From contig CAZFAO010000004.1 in NCBI GenBank assembly GCA_964516875.1, forward strand, positions 24,161 to 88,160: DNA of 64,000 nt, read 5' to 3'. The notes beneath the pieces are model-generated. The model saw only the letters and a program-made list of their open reading frames with translations. It was not told where the DNA came from and did not search any database. Position numbers and translations under genes: made by a program. The stretch comes from an uncultured Burkholderiales bacterium (GTDB lineage: Bacteria; Actinomycetota; Acidimicrobiia; IMCC26256; JAGPDB01). Of this stretch, positions 19,473-28,767 are shown one piece after another. Within the stretch, counting starts at the first letter, position 1, and the number at the start of each line of letters is the position of its first letter.

Positions 19473-19490
19473 AAGGAAGGACGGACCTCC
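19473..19490. repeat. Repeat AAGGAAGGACGGACCTCC (partial copy of the 25420/58691 element)
   Basis: Its reverse complement is identical to 25420-25437. The last 11 nt also occur at 58758-58768. It directly abuts the aroKB stop codon (19491-19493). Confidence 0.8.
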
Positions 19491-21083
19491 CTAGCCGATG
19501 AATTTGTGGAGAGAGGCAAGAACAGCATCGCGATCGACGTCGTGGACCAGTTCGGCTCCCCCGCCCAGGTTCAGCAAGATCATGGACAGTCCACCGTCTG
19601 ATTTTTTGTCTGAGTACATGAGTTCGACGAGACGTTCAGCATCGCGACACTGTTTCGGAACTTGTTTTTCTAAACCGAGCGATTCCAACAGTTCGCATGC
19701 TGCATCTTTTTGCGATACAGGAATGCGCCCAAGATCGGACGAGAGTTGAGCCGCAAAGTAAAGACCAATGGATACAGCGACACCATGGGCAAGAGAAAAT
19801 CCAGTTTCTTTTTCAATAGCGTGCGCCAAAGTGTGTCCAAGATTAAGCGTGGCGCGTATGCCATTGCGTTCGAAGGGATCGCGCGCAACCACATGCAGTT
19901 TATGGTTCATACATGATCGAATAACGGGAACCAAAATAGATGCATCGCGCGCAAGAATCTTGCCACTATCTTTTCTGATTGCATCAGCCACAACAGTGTT
20001 TCCCAGAAGTGCATACTTTGCTACTTCGCCAAGACCACTGAGAAAATCGCTTTCGGGTAGCGTTGCCAGAACGGACGTATCGGCGATAATCGTTTTGGGC
20101 TGATGGAACGAACCAACGAGATTTTTTCCGCTTTCGAGATTGATGCCGCATTTGCCTCCGATGGAAGAATCCACTTGTGCAAGCAATGTTGTAGGAACAT
20201 GAATGACGTCGATGCCTCGGAAATATGTTGAAGCAACAAAACCAGAAAGATCTCCGACCACACCGCCACCGATTCCAACAACACAGGCGGAACGCTTCAC
20301 GAGATTTTTTGACATGTCCACGAGAACTTTTTCGTACGTCGCCATGGTTTTGGCTTCTTCGCCTTCGGGCACGAGAAGGGAACCAACTTTCACGCCAGCA
20401 CTTTCGAAGGACTGCTGAACTGCTTCGCGATACTTGCGCGGAATTGATTCTTGAGAAATTACAACAACCTCGGAATAGCCCGTCACATAGTCAGCAATTT
20501 TTTCTAGAACATCATCGCCAACAACCACTGACGACAAAAGATCAGCACCGCTTCCGCTCACTCGATTGCATTGTCTGATGACCGCATCAGCAACAGCGTC
20601 GACATCACGACGTGATGTTGCAATAGTGATGTCGGCAGCCAATTCATAACATTCTCGACGTGCAATAAATTGTTCGTGAACTTTTTCTTCTAAGTCACCC
20701 TGCAAAAGCGGACGCGCATTATTTTTGTCCGCTTGAATACGTTCAACAATATCTGCTTCAAACGCATTGAGGTACACAACGTTTCCGTTATTGCGCATAT
20801 CAATGACGTTGCGCGTATCAAGAACGGATCCTCCCCCCATGGAATACACGTGAGGTTCAGGCTCGATTGCAAGTGCCCGAATTGTTTCGCGTTCGCGCAC
20901 GCGAAATTCGGCTTCCCCAAATTTTTCAAAGTATTCGTGAATCGTCATCCCGATGCGCTGTTCGATTGCGTCATCAAGATCGATTGCTTCCAAATTCGAT
21001 AGTTCAGCAACAATTTTTCCCACAGAAGTTTTTCCCACCCCAGAGGGACCAATGAGGAATATGTGGCGCTTTTCGTTACTCAT
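19491..21083 (-). CDS. aroKB: Fused shikimate kinase / 3-dehydroquinate synthase
   Basis: A single 530-aa ORF. The N-terminus has the shikimate kinase P-loop LIGPSGVGKTS. The C-terminal part has GGGVVGDLSGFVASTYFRGIDVIHVPTTLLAQVDSSIGGK, typical of AroB. Confidence 0.93.
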   Translation of the reverse strand: MSNEKRHIFLIGPSGVGKTSVGKIVAELSNLEAIDLDDAIEQRIGMTIHEYFEKFGEAEFRVRERETIRALAIEPEPHVYSMGGGSVLDTRNVIDMRNNGNVVYLNAFEADIVERIQADKNNARPLLQGDLEEKVHEQFIARRECYELAADITIATSRRDVDAVADAVIRQCNRVSGSGADLLSSVVVGDDVLEKIADYVTGYSEVVVISQESIPRKYREAVQQSFESAGVKVGSLLVPEGEEAKTMATYEKVLVDMSKNLVKRSACVVGIGGGVVGDLSGFVASTYFRGIDVIHVPTTLLAQVDSSIGGKCGINLESGKNLVGSFHQPKTIIADTSVLATLPESDFLSGLGEVAKYALLGNTVVADAIRKDSGKILARDASILVPVIRSCMNHKLHVVARDPFERNGIRATLNLGHTLAHAIEKETGFSLAHGVAVSIGLYFAAQLSSDLGRIPVSQKDAACELLESLGLEKQVPKQCRDAERLVELMYSDKKSDGGLSMILLNLGGGAELVHDVDRDAVLASLHKFIG

Positions 21084-21085
21084 AT

Positions 21086-22237
21086 TTAATCGAGAGAGTT
21101 CTTAAAGTTTGTGGCGTTAGTGAGAAATTCTTTCATGGAATCTCCACCAAATTTTCGGGTTGCCTCCGCGAGCAGAGTCAGCGCGACCATTGTTTCGGCA
21201 ACAACACCCGCAGCAGGAACAGCCGTTACGTCGGTGCGCTCTTTAAACGAGACTGTTTCTTCTTTTGTCTCCACATCTGTTGTACGAATAACGGGACGGT
21301 TGAGCGACGCTAGGGGTTTCATCCACGCGCGACACACCAAGAGCGCGCCGTTCGTGATTCCACCCTCGACTCCCCCGGCACGCGAGGAGGGTCGAACATA
21401 ATGATCGTTGTCGTACAAAATTTCGTCATGCGCTTGGCTTCCCACCTTGTACGCATTATCGACACCATCACCAATTTCGACAGCTTTAATGGCTTGGATA
21501 CTCATTAACGATTGAGCCAAAAGACCGTCGATCTTTCGATCCCAGTGAACGTGCGAACCCAAACCTTCAGGAACTCCGAAACCAAGAACTTCAACAACAC
21601 CGCCGAGTGAATCTCCCTCTTTCGCCGCGGCTTTAATTGTTGCAATCATCTCGTCGGTAGATTCGGGAGAAAAACAGCGCACTTCATTATCGTCAATAGC
21701 TGCCAAATCAGAATATTGCGGTCGCGGTGCGTCAGCGGGCACACGAGCTTCACCGATTGAGAGAACATGCGACATGATTTCTGTGCCGAGTTCACGGAGA
21801 ACTAATTTTGCAATCATTCCCGCAGCAACACGTGCAGCTGTTTCGCGCGCACTGGCACGTTCTAAAACATTGCGGGCATCATCAAGATTATATTTACGCA
21901 TACCAGCGAAATCAGCGTGTCCAGGACGCGGTTGCGTGAGCCGATTTTTTGTTGCACCGGGAGCTACCGACATCTCCTCTTCCCATTTAGGCCACTCTGA
22001 ATTGTGAATAAGGAGAGAAATGGGTGAACCCAATGTGACGCCGTGGCGAATACCGCCCAGGATTTCAACGTGATCTTTTTCAAAACGCATACGAGGACCG
22101 CGGCCATATCCCAATCGTCGCCGTGATAATTCATCAGCGATAGCATCTTCTGTCACCGCGAGGCCCGAAGGCACGCCTTCGAGAATAACATTGAGTGCTT
22201 TCCCGTGGGATTCGCCTGCTGTGAGAAATCTAAACAT
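21086..22237 (-). CDS. aroC: Chorismate synthase
   Basis: 383 aa. Begins MFRFLTAGESHGKAL and contains GRGPRMRFE and RSSARETAARVAAG-like motifs. Confidence 0.96.
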   Translation of the reverse strand: MFRFLTAGESHGKALNVILEGVPSGLAVTEDAIADELSRRRLGYGRGPRMRFEKDHVEILGGIRHGVTLGSPISLLIHNSEWPKWEEEMSVAPGATKNRLTQPRPGHADFAGMRKYNLDDARNVLERASARETAARVAAGMIAKLVLRELGTEIMSHVLSIGEARVPADAPRPQYSDLAAIDDNEVRCFSPESTDEMIATIKAAAKEGDSLGGVVEVLGFGVPEGLGSHVHWDRKIDGLLAQSLMSIQAIKAVEIGDGVDNAYKVGSQAHDEILYDNDHYVRPSSRAGGVEGGITNGALLVCRAWMKPLASLNRPVIRTTDVETKEETVSFKERTDVTAVPAAGVVAETMVALTLLAEATRKFGGDSMKEFLTNATNFKNSLD

Positions 22238-23042
22238 AATTTTCCTGGATGAATTGAGTTACTAATGGTGCACACCAAATAGCGAGCACCGTTCCCGCAG
22301 CCAAAAACGGGCCAAAAGGAATCTTCATTTTACGCCCTCCGTGCGTTATCCCAGCAATCGCAATTCCGAGCACCGACCCAAGCATGAACGACAGCAGCAT
22401 CCCGAAGTAACTGACAATATATCCGTGGTAGCCCATGGCTATGCCTAAAAATATTGCGAGACGGACATCTCCGAATCCCATTGCGCGGCCGTTGCTGGCA
22501 TACCAAACAATAAATAAGAAGGCGCAATAGACAAAACCAACAATGGCCGCATCGCGCAAGCGGTTAAATTCACCTGTCGACACACTCGAGAGAACCAAAA
22601 AGAGAATAAGTATTGCTCCAGAGCTATACACAATTTTCTTCGGCAAAAGTTTTGTATCAATATCGATTGCGCTGAGCGCTATTAATCCTGCAAAGAAAAG
22701 GACGTAACCAATTGTGGAGAGGTGCAATCCGAGAAACAGCGTGGTGAGCACGAAAATTACACTTGTGAAAAATTCAATCAACGGGTACCGAATCGAAATA
22801 TGATGAGAACAGTTGCGACACCGCGCACGCAACAGAACATACGACAGCAGAGGAATGTTATCGATAGGCGTGATTTTCTTTTTGCAGTACGGACAGTGCG
22901 AGTCTGGTTTCGACAGAGGAATGTTATTGGGCACGCGATAGATCACAACGTTCAGGAATGAACCAATGATCAGCCCAAAGACTCCGGAAAAAAATAACCA
23001 GATTGTCATCCACTGCGATGTGGTGAGCACGTCAAACGTCAC
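22230..23042 (-). CDS. Prepilin (type IV leader) peptidase, A24 family
   Basis: 270 aa and polytopic. It has the CPYC...CRNC zinc motif of the PilD N-terminal domain plus the catalytic-Asp contexts AIDIDTKLLP and GFGDVRL. It overlaps aroC by 8 nt and aroE by 4 nt. Confidence 0.9.
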   Translation of the reverse strand: MTFDVLTTSQWMTIWLFFSGVFGLIIGSFLNVVIYRVPNNIPLSKPDSHCPYCKKKITPIDNIPLLSYVLLRARCRNCSHHISIRYPLIEFFTSVIFVLTTLFLGLHLSTIGYVLFFAGLIALSAIDIDTKLLPKKIVYSSGAILILFLVLSSVSTGEFNRLRDAAIVGFVYCAFLFIVWYASNGRAMGFGDVRLAIFLGIAMGYHGYIVSYFGMLLSFMLGSVLGIAIAGITHGGRKMKIPFGPFLAAGTVLAIWCAPLVTQFIQENYV

Positions 23043-23905
23043 AACAGCTCCTTTGTAAGTTGGTTCGTTATTGCTTGTGTCATGACATCAATGGGCGCAA
23101 CTTCTCCGGTCATAAGTTTAAAAGCTAATGCACCTTGATGAATCAGCATTCCCAACCCATTGATTGTTGTACATCCGCGCAACCGAGCTTGTCGCAACAG
23201 TTCCGTTTCTAGTGGATGATAAATCGTGTCGACAACTATCTGGTCGCTCGAAAATTGAGTTACGTCAATCGGTACCGAGTCGTCCGCTTTGCCTTCGATT
23301 GTCATTCCTACGGGTGTTGTATTAATAAGAATGGAACATTCGCTTGCGTAGCTATCGCGATCAGAATAGTCAACAACATCGATCGAGCCACGCGCATCAC
23401 CTTCATGCGTAGAAGCCAGTACGGCGTCGATCAGTTCAATCGATTGATCGATCTTGCGTGACGTAACGAAAATATCAGCTTCGCGATAGATGAGCGCATC
23501 ACAAATTGCACGCGCTGCACCACCGGCTCCAATGACAAGCACTCGCTGGCCGCTCAGTGAAATATTTTCGGATTCGAGCGACGCAACAAATCCTTCCCCA
23601 TCGGTGGAATAACCGTGGAGTTCGCCGTCTGAATCGATAATGAGTGTATTGACTGTTTTCATTCGGGACGCGGCGCCGTGAGGTATAGAAATTTCGTATG
23701 CAATATCTTTGTGGGGCATTGTTACGTTAAGGCCTTTGTACCCCGTCTGAAACAATTCGTTGACCCGCTCGGTGACGTCGCCTGGTTCAATATCTATAGC
23801 GTTGTATTCCCAATCCAATCCCAGGTGTTGGTATGCAGCGTTATGCATCACGGGACTTAACGAATGGGAAACGGGATGGCCGATCACGCCAGCAAAAGTT
23901 GTCAC
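23039..23905 (-). CDS. aroE: Shikimate dehydrogenase
   Basis: 288 aa with GHPVSHSLSPVMHNAA, NVTMPHK and VLVIGAGGAARA. Confidence 0.9.
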   Translation of the reverse strand: MTTFAGVIGHPVSHSLSPVMHNAAYQHLGLDWEYNAIDIEPGDVTERVNELFQTGYKGLNVTMPHKDIAYEISIPHGAASRMKTVNTLIIDSDGELHGYSTDGEGFVASLESENISLSGQRVLVIGAGGAARAICDALIYREADIFVTSRKIDQSIELIDAVLASTHEGDARGSIDVVDYSDRDSYASECSILINTTPVGMTIEGKADDSVPIDVTQFSSDQIVVDTIYHPLETELLRQARLRGCTTINGLGMLIHQGALAFKLMTGEVAPIDVMTQAITNQLTKELL

Positions 23906-24960
23906 TATAGAGCTCCGTTTGCCTTGGCGGTCTCGATATTTTGGAGATGCTCCGTGTACGTATTCGCAAACGCATGCTTTCCTGTTTCTGCGTCGATGAG
24001 GACGTAATACAGATATGTTGAGTCAGCGGGATTGAGCGCGGCACGTAGTGAATCCATCGAGATCATCGATATTGGTGTGGGCACAAGTCCTTTGTGAAGG
24101 TAGGTGTTAAACGGTGTGTCGGTTTGGAGATCGGCGTTGGTGAGCGAGCCACTTGCTCGACCTAAACCGTAGAGAACCGTTGCATCGATTTGGAGTGGCA
24201 TATCCGAGCTCAATCGATTGTAAATGACCGACGCGATCAACGGTCGGTCGTCGGCGTATCGTGCTTCTTTTTCTATCAAACTTGCAATGGTGATGATTTG
24301 GTACGGAGTGAAGCCTCTGAAGTTTCCTTCGAGCCCATTGTTTTGTGCACGCGCATCGAATTCTTCCATGGAGCGACGAATAATGTCCGCTTCAGATTCG
24401 CTGTCCGTGATGGAATATGTTTCCGGGAGCATCAAACCTTCGGGAGAAGTTTCAGGTGTGGGTTGATATCGTGACGAAAATTCGTGGGCGTCGAGCACTG
24501 CCTGAAATCCATCAGATGTCATGGTAGGAAGTTTGTCAACATTTGCCTGAACATCAACGAGTCGTTCACCCGGAATAATGGTGAATTTGTCGTAGTTAAT
24601 AGTCGGGCCTTTTTCGAGAACATCAGCCGCGTCGCTGGCATCGATATTGGTGCGCATTGTATATTGTCCCGCTTGATAGGGCCCACGTCGAGCGAATTTC
24701 GAATAAAGGGCAAATGCTGTTGACGACCGAACGACATCTTTATCTTCAAGAATGCGCCCGATGTCTGAAACACCGCTGCCCTTTGTGATTTCGATCACAA
24801 CCTTTTTTCCAGGATCACCAAATGCGTGAACTTGGAACCAGAGCCAACCGCCCCCGAGGAGAAAAGGCAAAAGCAAGACAGCGAGAACAATGAAAGCCGA
24901 CGTGGTGCGTTTGCGTGCTCGACGTTTTTCGTCCGGGCGCTGGATTTTGAATCGGGACAT
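23905..24960 (-). CDS. mltG: Endolytic murein transglycosylase MltG (YceG-like)
   Basis: 351 aa with an N-terminal TM segment and the ASLIEKEA ... IYNRL ... LQIDATVLYG motifs. Confidence 0.9.
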   Translation of the reverse strand: MSRFKIQRPDEKRRARKRTTSAFIVLAVLLLPFLLGGGWLWFQVHAFGDPGKKVVIEITKGSGVSDIGRILEDKDVVRSSTAFALYSKFARRGPYQAGQYTMRTNIDASDAADVLEKGPTINYDKFTIIPGERLVDVQANVDKLPTMTSDGFQAVLDAHEFSSRYQPTPETSPEGLMLPETYSITDSESEADIIRRSMEEFDARAQNNGLEGNFRGFTPYQIITIASLIEKEARYADDRPLIASVIYNRLSSDMPLQIDATVLYGLGRASGSLTNADLQTDTPFNTYLHKGLVPTPISMISMDSLRAALNPADSTYLYYVLIDAETGKHAFANTYTEHLQNIETAKANGAL

Positions 24961-24972
24961 ACCCGTGCGATT

Positions 24973-25455
24973 TTAGAGCGTATCGATAAAGGTTTGAGCG
25001 ATCACTGCTGCCGCGAGGGCATCACGGAGCTTTTTGCGATCGTGGGCGTTCATTTGGGCATCGCGCATGGTGCGTTCGGCTTGTGCTGTGGTGAGGCGCT
25101 CATCGACAAAATGGACTTTTAGCTCTTCTAAGTGAGCAGCGTGTCGTATGACATTGATGCGGCGAGCGATACTTTCTGCTCGACGTCGAACGTCAGATGC
25201 CGCAACCGCTTCTTTCCCCTTCAGGTCGATTGGTAATCCAACAATCAGTGCTACGGGCTCCCACTCGTTGATGAGATGCATCAATTGATCGAGAAATTCA
25301 TGCGAGCTTGTTTCATGGGCAATGACATCAAGAGCAGTTGCAACCCGCGCCGAATCATCGACGAGCGCAATGCCCGTTCGTTTTTTTCCAACATCAAGCG
25401 CCACGTATCGCTCCATTCTGGAGGTCCGTCCTTCCTTTTCGGTCAAATCCGACAT
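24973..25455 (-). CDS. ruvX: Holliday-junction resolvase-like nuclease RuvX (YqgF)
   Basis: The ALDVGKKRTGIAL core is present. The start is ambiguous. ATG 25455 gives a 13-aa extension encoded by repeat sequence, while ATG 25414-25416 (MERYVALDVG) matches the usual N-terminus. Confidence 0.88.
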   Translation of the reverse strand: MSDLTEKEGRTSRMERYVALDVGKKRTGIALVDDSARVATALDVIAHETSSHEFLDQLMHLINEWEPVALIVGLPIDLKGKEAVAASDVRRRAESIARRINVIRHAAHLEELKVHFVDERLTTAQAERTMRDAQMNAHDRKKLRDALAAAVIAQTFIDTL

Positions 25456-25483
25456 GTCCGTTTTGTGCGCGGATCAGACCCGC
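25420..25483. repeat. 64-nt repeat element, copy B: GGAGGTCCGTCCTTCC...GTTTTGTGCGCGGATCAGACCCGC
   Basis: Nt 25455-25483 are the exact reverse complement of 58691-58719 (29 nt). Nt 25420-25437 are the exact reverse complement of 19473-19490 (18 nt). The whole element aligns with 58691-58768 apart from a roughly 14-nt indel. It fills the alaS stop to ruvX spacer. Confidence 0.85.
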
Positions 25484-28116
25484 TAAGCGTTGAGGGAGTT
25501 TTTGAGTGCGGCAAGGGCGTCGTCGATGGCGTCAACGTTTTGTCCACCGCCAACAACAAGTTCGGCATTTTTGGCTGTGCCTCCGCCAAGAATTTTCACA
25601 GCATCCTTGACGACCTCACTTGCGTCAGCACCTTCTTCAACGCGATCTTTCGAAACGACAACACAAATTCCTGCTTTGTTTTTCTCAGCGTTCAAGCCGA
25701 CCGCGCCGACAAGAGCCGATCCGAGTTCGTCTCGAATTGCAACACAGAGCGTACGCAGATCATCGGGCGTGACGTCATCTAGTCGGAATGCAACAACACC
25801 ATTGTTTGCTTGGGCAACATAGCTTGATGCCTTGCTTGCAAGTTGTTGTGTTCGCAGTGCTTTGATTTCTTTTGTTGTTGCTTTGAGTTCAGTTTGCAGT
25901 GCTGAAACTTTTGTCGCAATTTCTTCGGGCGAACTTTTCAGATCAGCAGCAACATCGCGCAAGATTTTTTGATCATGGGTGAACGACTCGAGCGCACGAT
26001 CGCCGGTGATGGCTTCGAGACGACGAATGTTTGAACCAATCGAACTTTCTGACGTGATGCGAATTGGTCCGATGAATCCAAGTCGAGTCACATGGGTTCC
26101 GCCACAAAATTCAATCGACGGACCAGCCACCAAAACGCGCACACGATCGCCGTATTTATCTCCGAAGAAAGCAATCGCGCCCATTTTCTTTGCGTCTTCG
26201 ATATCCATCTCTTCATGAGTGACATCGGGGTCCTTGATCACTTCTTCGTTTGCGAGACGCTCGATTTCGTCGAGCTGTTCTTGCGTGACTTGTTCGAAAT
26301 GTTGGAAGTCGAAGCGCAAACGATGATCGTCGACATGCGAACCCGCCTGTTGAACATGCTCACCGAGAACTTTGCGCAGTGCCCAGTGAAGAATGTGCGT
26401 TCCCGTATGGTTACGGCGGATGCGGTTGCGCCGCACACCATCGATATGAGCAGCAATCGTGTCACCGACCGAAACGGAGCCTTGCGTAATTGTTGTGTGA
26501 TGAACGTAAATGTTGCCTGCAATGCCATAAGTGGTGTCAGTGACATCAGCCTCGAATCCATCTGCCATGAATTTTCCGGTGTCGCCCACTTGACCACCGG
26601 ACTCTGCATAGAACGGTGTTTTATCGAGAACGATCGAAACGTTGTCGTCTTGAGCTGCTGCTTGGACGCTTGCACCTTCTTCATTAACGATCGCTAATAC
26701 CTGCGCCTGATCCACAATAAAAGATTCGCGACCCACAAAGTGTGTAGGACCGTTATTATCAAGAATGTCTTTGTAGATATTCGTCGCGTCCGTACTCACA
26801 ACAGTTTGATCTTTGCGTGCTGCTTTAGATTTTTGTGACTGCTGAGCGAGTGCTTTTTGGAAACCTTCCGCGTCGATTTTTCTGTTCGCGTCTTCTGCAA
26901 TCTCGCGCGTGAGATCAAACGGAAAGCCGAGCGTGTCGTGAAGAAAGAAGGCTTCTTCCCCACTAACGTCTCCTTTTTCGAGAACTTCTTCGAGACGAGT
27001 CAATCCGCGCACGAGTGTTTCACGGAATCTCTCTTCTTCGTTTTTAATCAAAGTCACGCTGCGAGATTGGTTTTCACGAACATCCGGGTAGGCGTGTTCC
27101 ATAATGGAAATCACATGCTCAGCAAGTGCGGGCATAACAACATCGTGGGCACCCAACATGTACGCGTGACGGACAGCGCGACGAATAATACGTCGCAACA
27201 CATACCCGCGATCCTCATTGGAGGGAACACAACCATCAGAAATAAGAAAAACCATTGAGCGTGCGTGCTCGGCCATGATACGAAGACTGACATCGGTGTT
27301 TTCATCTTTGCCGTATTTTGCCGATGTGAGTTTTTCTGCTGTTTCGATCAGCGGCATGAAGAGCGAAGTTTCCCAAATTGTCTTCTTACCCTCTTGCAAA
27401 AACAGAATGCGTTCAAGTCCAGCACCGGTGTCCACCGATGGCGCGGGAAGATCAATGCGTGTTCCATCTGGTTGATCTTCATATTGCATGAACACGAGAT
27501 TCCAGAATTCAACGAAACGATTTTCGCCGCCAAATTTAGGGCCACCATCTTCACCCAGTTCTGGACCAAGGTCGTAAAAAAGTTCAGTACACGGACCACA
27601 CGGGCCGACATCGCCCATCTGCCAAAAGTTGTCCTTGTCGAGTCGTTGGATTCTCTCAACGGGAAGTCCAGACACCTCTTGCCAAATTTTTTCTGCTTCA
27701 TCGTCACTCTCGTGAATAGTGACCCAGATACGATCTTTATCGAACTTGAGGATTTCGGTAGAAAACTCCCACGCGAATTCAATGGCGTCTTGTTTGAAGT
27801 AGTCACCAAAACTGAAGTTTCCGAGCATTTCGAAAAAAGTGAAGTGACGGTTTGTGCGACCAATGTCGTCGAGGTCGTTGTGCTTTCCGCCAGCACGCAC
27901 ACATTTTTGTGATGTCGTCGCACGTTTAACGGGTGGAGTTTCTAGTCCAACAAAATATGGTTTGAACTGGAGCATTCCCGCCATCGTGAACAAAACGGTG
28001 GGATCATGCGGCAAAAGATTAGAACTCGGCAGACGCTTATGCCCTTTGCTTTCGAAATACGAAAGAAAAGATTCCCGAAGGACATCAATAGGTGCTAATT
28101 GTGACTTCTTTGCCAT
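25483..28116 (-). CDS. alaS: Alanine--tRNA ligase
   Basis: 877 aa with FLSYFESKGHKRLPSS and TSQKCVRAGGKHNDLDDIG, plus the editing and C-Ala domains. Confidence 0.97.
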   Translation of the reverse strand: MAKKSQLAPIDVLRESFLSYFESKGHKRLPSSNLLPHDPTVLFTMAGMLQFKPYFVGLETPPVKRATTSQKCVRAGGKHNDLDDIGRTNRHFTFFEMLGNFSFGDYFKQDAIEFAWEFSTEILKFDKDRIWVTIHESDDEAEKIWQEVSGLPVERIQRLDKDNFWQMGDVGPCGPCTELFYDLGPELGEDGGPKFGGENRFVEFWNLVFMQYEDQPDGTRIDLPAPSVDTGAGLERILFLQEGKKTIWETSLFMPLIETAEKLTSAKYGKDENTDVSLRIMAEHARSMVFLISDGCVPSNEDRGYVLRRIIRRAVRHAYMLGAHDVVMPALAEHVISIMEHAYPDVRENQSRSVTLIKNEEERFRETLVRGLTRLEEVLEKGDVSGEEAFFLHDTLGFPFDLTREIAEDANRKIDAEGFQKALAQQSQKSKAARKDQTVVSTDATNIYKDILDNNGPTHFVGRESFIVDQAQVLAIVNEEGASVQAAAQDDNVSIVLDKTPFYAESGGQVGDTGKFMADGFEADVTDTTYGIAGNIYVHHTTITQGSVSVGDTIAAHIDGVRRNRIRRNHTGTHILHWALRKVLGEHVQQAGSHVDDHRLRFDFQHFEQVTQEQLDEIERLANEEVIKDPDVTHEEMDIEDAKKMGAIAFFGDKYGDRVRVLVAGPSIEFCGGTHVTRLGFIGPIRITSESSIGSNIRRLEAITGDRALESFTHDQKILRDVAADLKSSPEEIATKVSALQTELKATTKEIKALRTQQLASKASSYVAQANNGVVAFRLDDVTPDDLRTLCVAIRDELGSALVGAVGLNAEKNKAGICVVVSKDRVEEGADASEVVKDAVKILGGGTAKNAELVVGGGQNVDAIDDALAALKNSLNA

Positions 28117-28128
28117 AAGCGAATGATT

Positions 28129-28320
28129 CTAGTTCTCGTCAATGAACTCTTCGAGGCCTGTTTTCGATTTTTGGAAGTCAGAAATGCTGTTGAGTGCTGA
28201 AGCAAAGGTTTGATAGGCACTTGTATCGCCATAGCGCTCTTCAAGGAATCGCTTGAGAATATCGAAGGTGAATACACCCAAGATATATCCAATAATGAGC
28301 CATCGCAGTCGCTTGATCAT
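28129..28320 (-). CDS. Small membrane protein (hypothetical)
   Basis: 63 aa with an N-terminal TM segment (LRWLIIGYILGVFTF). It overlaps the upstream ORF by 4 nt. Confidence 0.5.
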   Translation of the reverse strand: MIKRLRWLIIGYILGVFTFDILKRFLEERYGDTSAYQTFASALNSISDFQKSKTGLEEFIDEN

Positions 28321-28703
28321 ACTTTTTCTTTCTTTTCTTGTTGTTCTTGTGCCCGGCGCTTCCGGCGCGCGCGCCCTTTGGATGCCGTTTGCGTGAGTGC
28401 TGCAGTGGTGACTGCAGGTTTGCGAAATACGATACCAACCAGTCGCGACGTTGCCCGTATTGATTGGTGGACACGCTGCTGTTCGGCCAACGTTTCGTGT
28501 AGTTGACCAAGTTCGCTTTGCGATGATTCTGAAAGTTCTTTCATCACACCAACGAGTTCAACGAGATTGTCATCTAAATCATCGAGTCTTTCGTTAATTC
28601 TTCTCGATACACCCAGCATTGTGACCGTCACCGCAACGAGCACACCCAGAATGAGAGCAGTCAATATAGAAGTAATAAGTAATACAACTGCCGAGGCGTC
28701 CAT
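28317..28703 (-). CDS. Membrane-anchored coiled-coil protein, possibly DUF948-like
   Basis: 128 aa with an N-terminal TM segment, a helical region and a basic tail RARRKRRAQEQQEKKEK. The family assignment is from memory. Confidence 0.6.
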   Translation of the reverse strand: MDASAVVLLITSILTALILGVLVAVTVTMLGVSRRINERLDDLDDNLVELVGVMKELSESSQSELGQLHETLAEQQRVHQSIRATSRLVGIVFRKPAVTTAALTQTASKGRARRKRRAQEQQEKKEKV

Positions 28704-28767
28704 AGAGAGAGTCTAACGATCAGGCGGTAAGCTCGGCGACTCTGCCTTCCTGCACTTAGCTCTCTGC

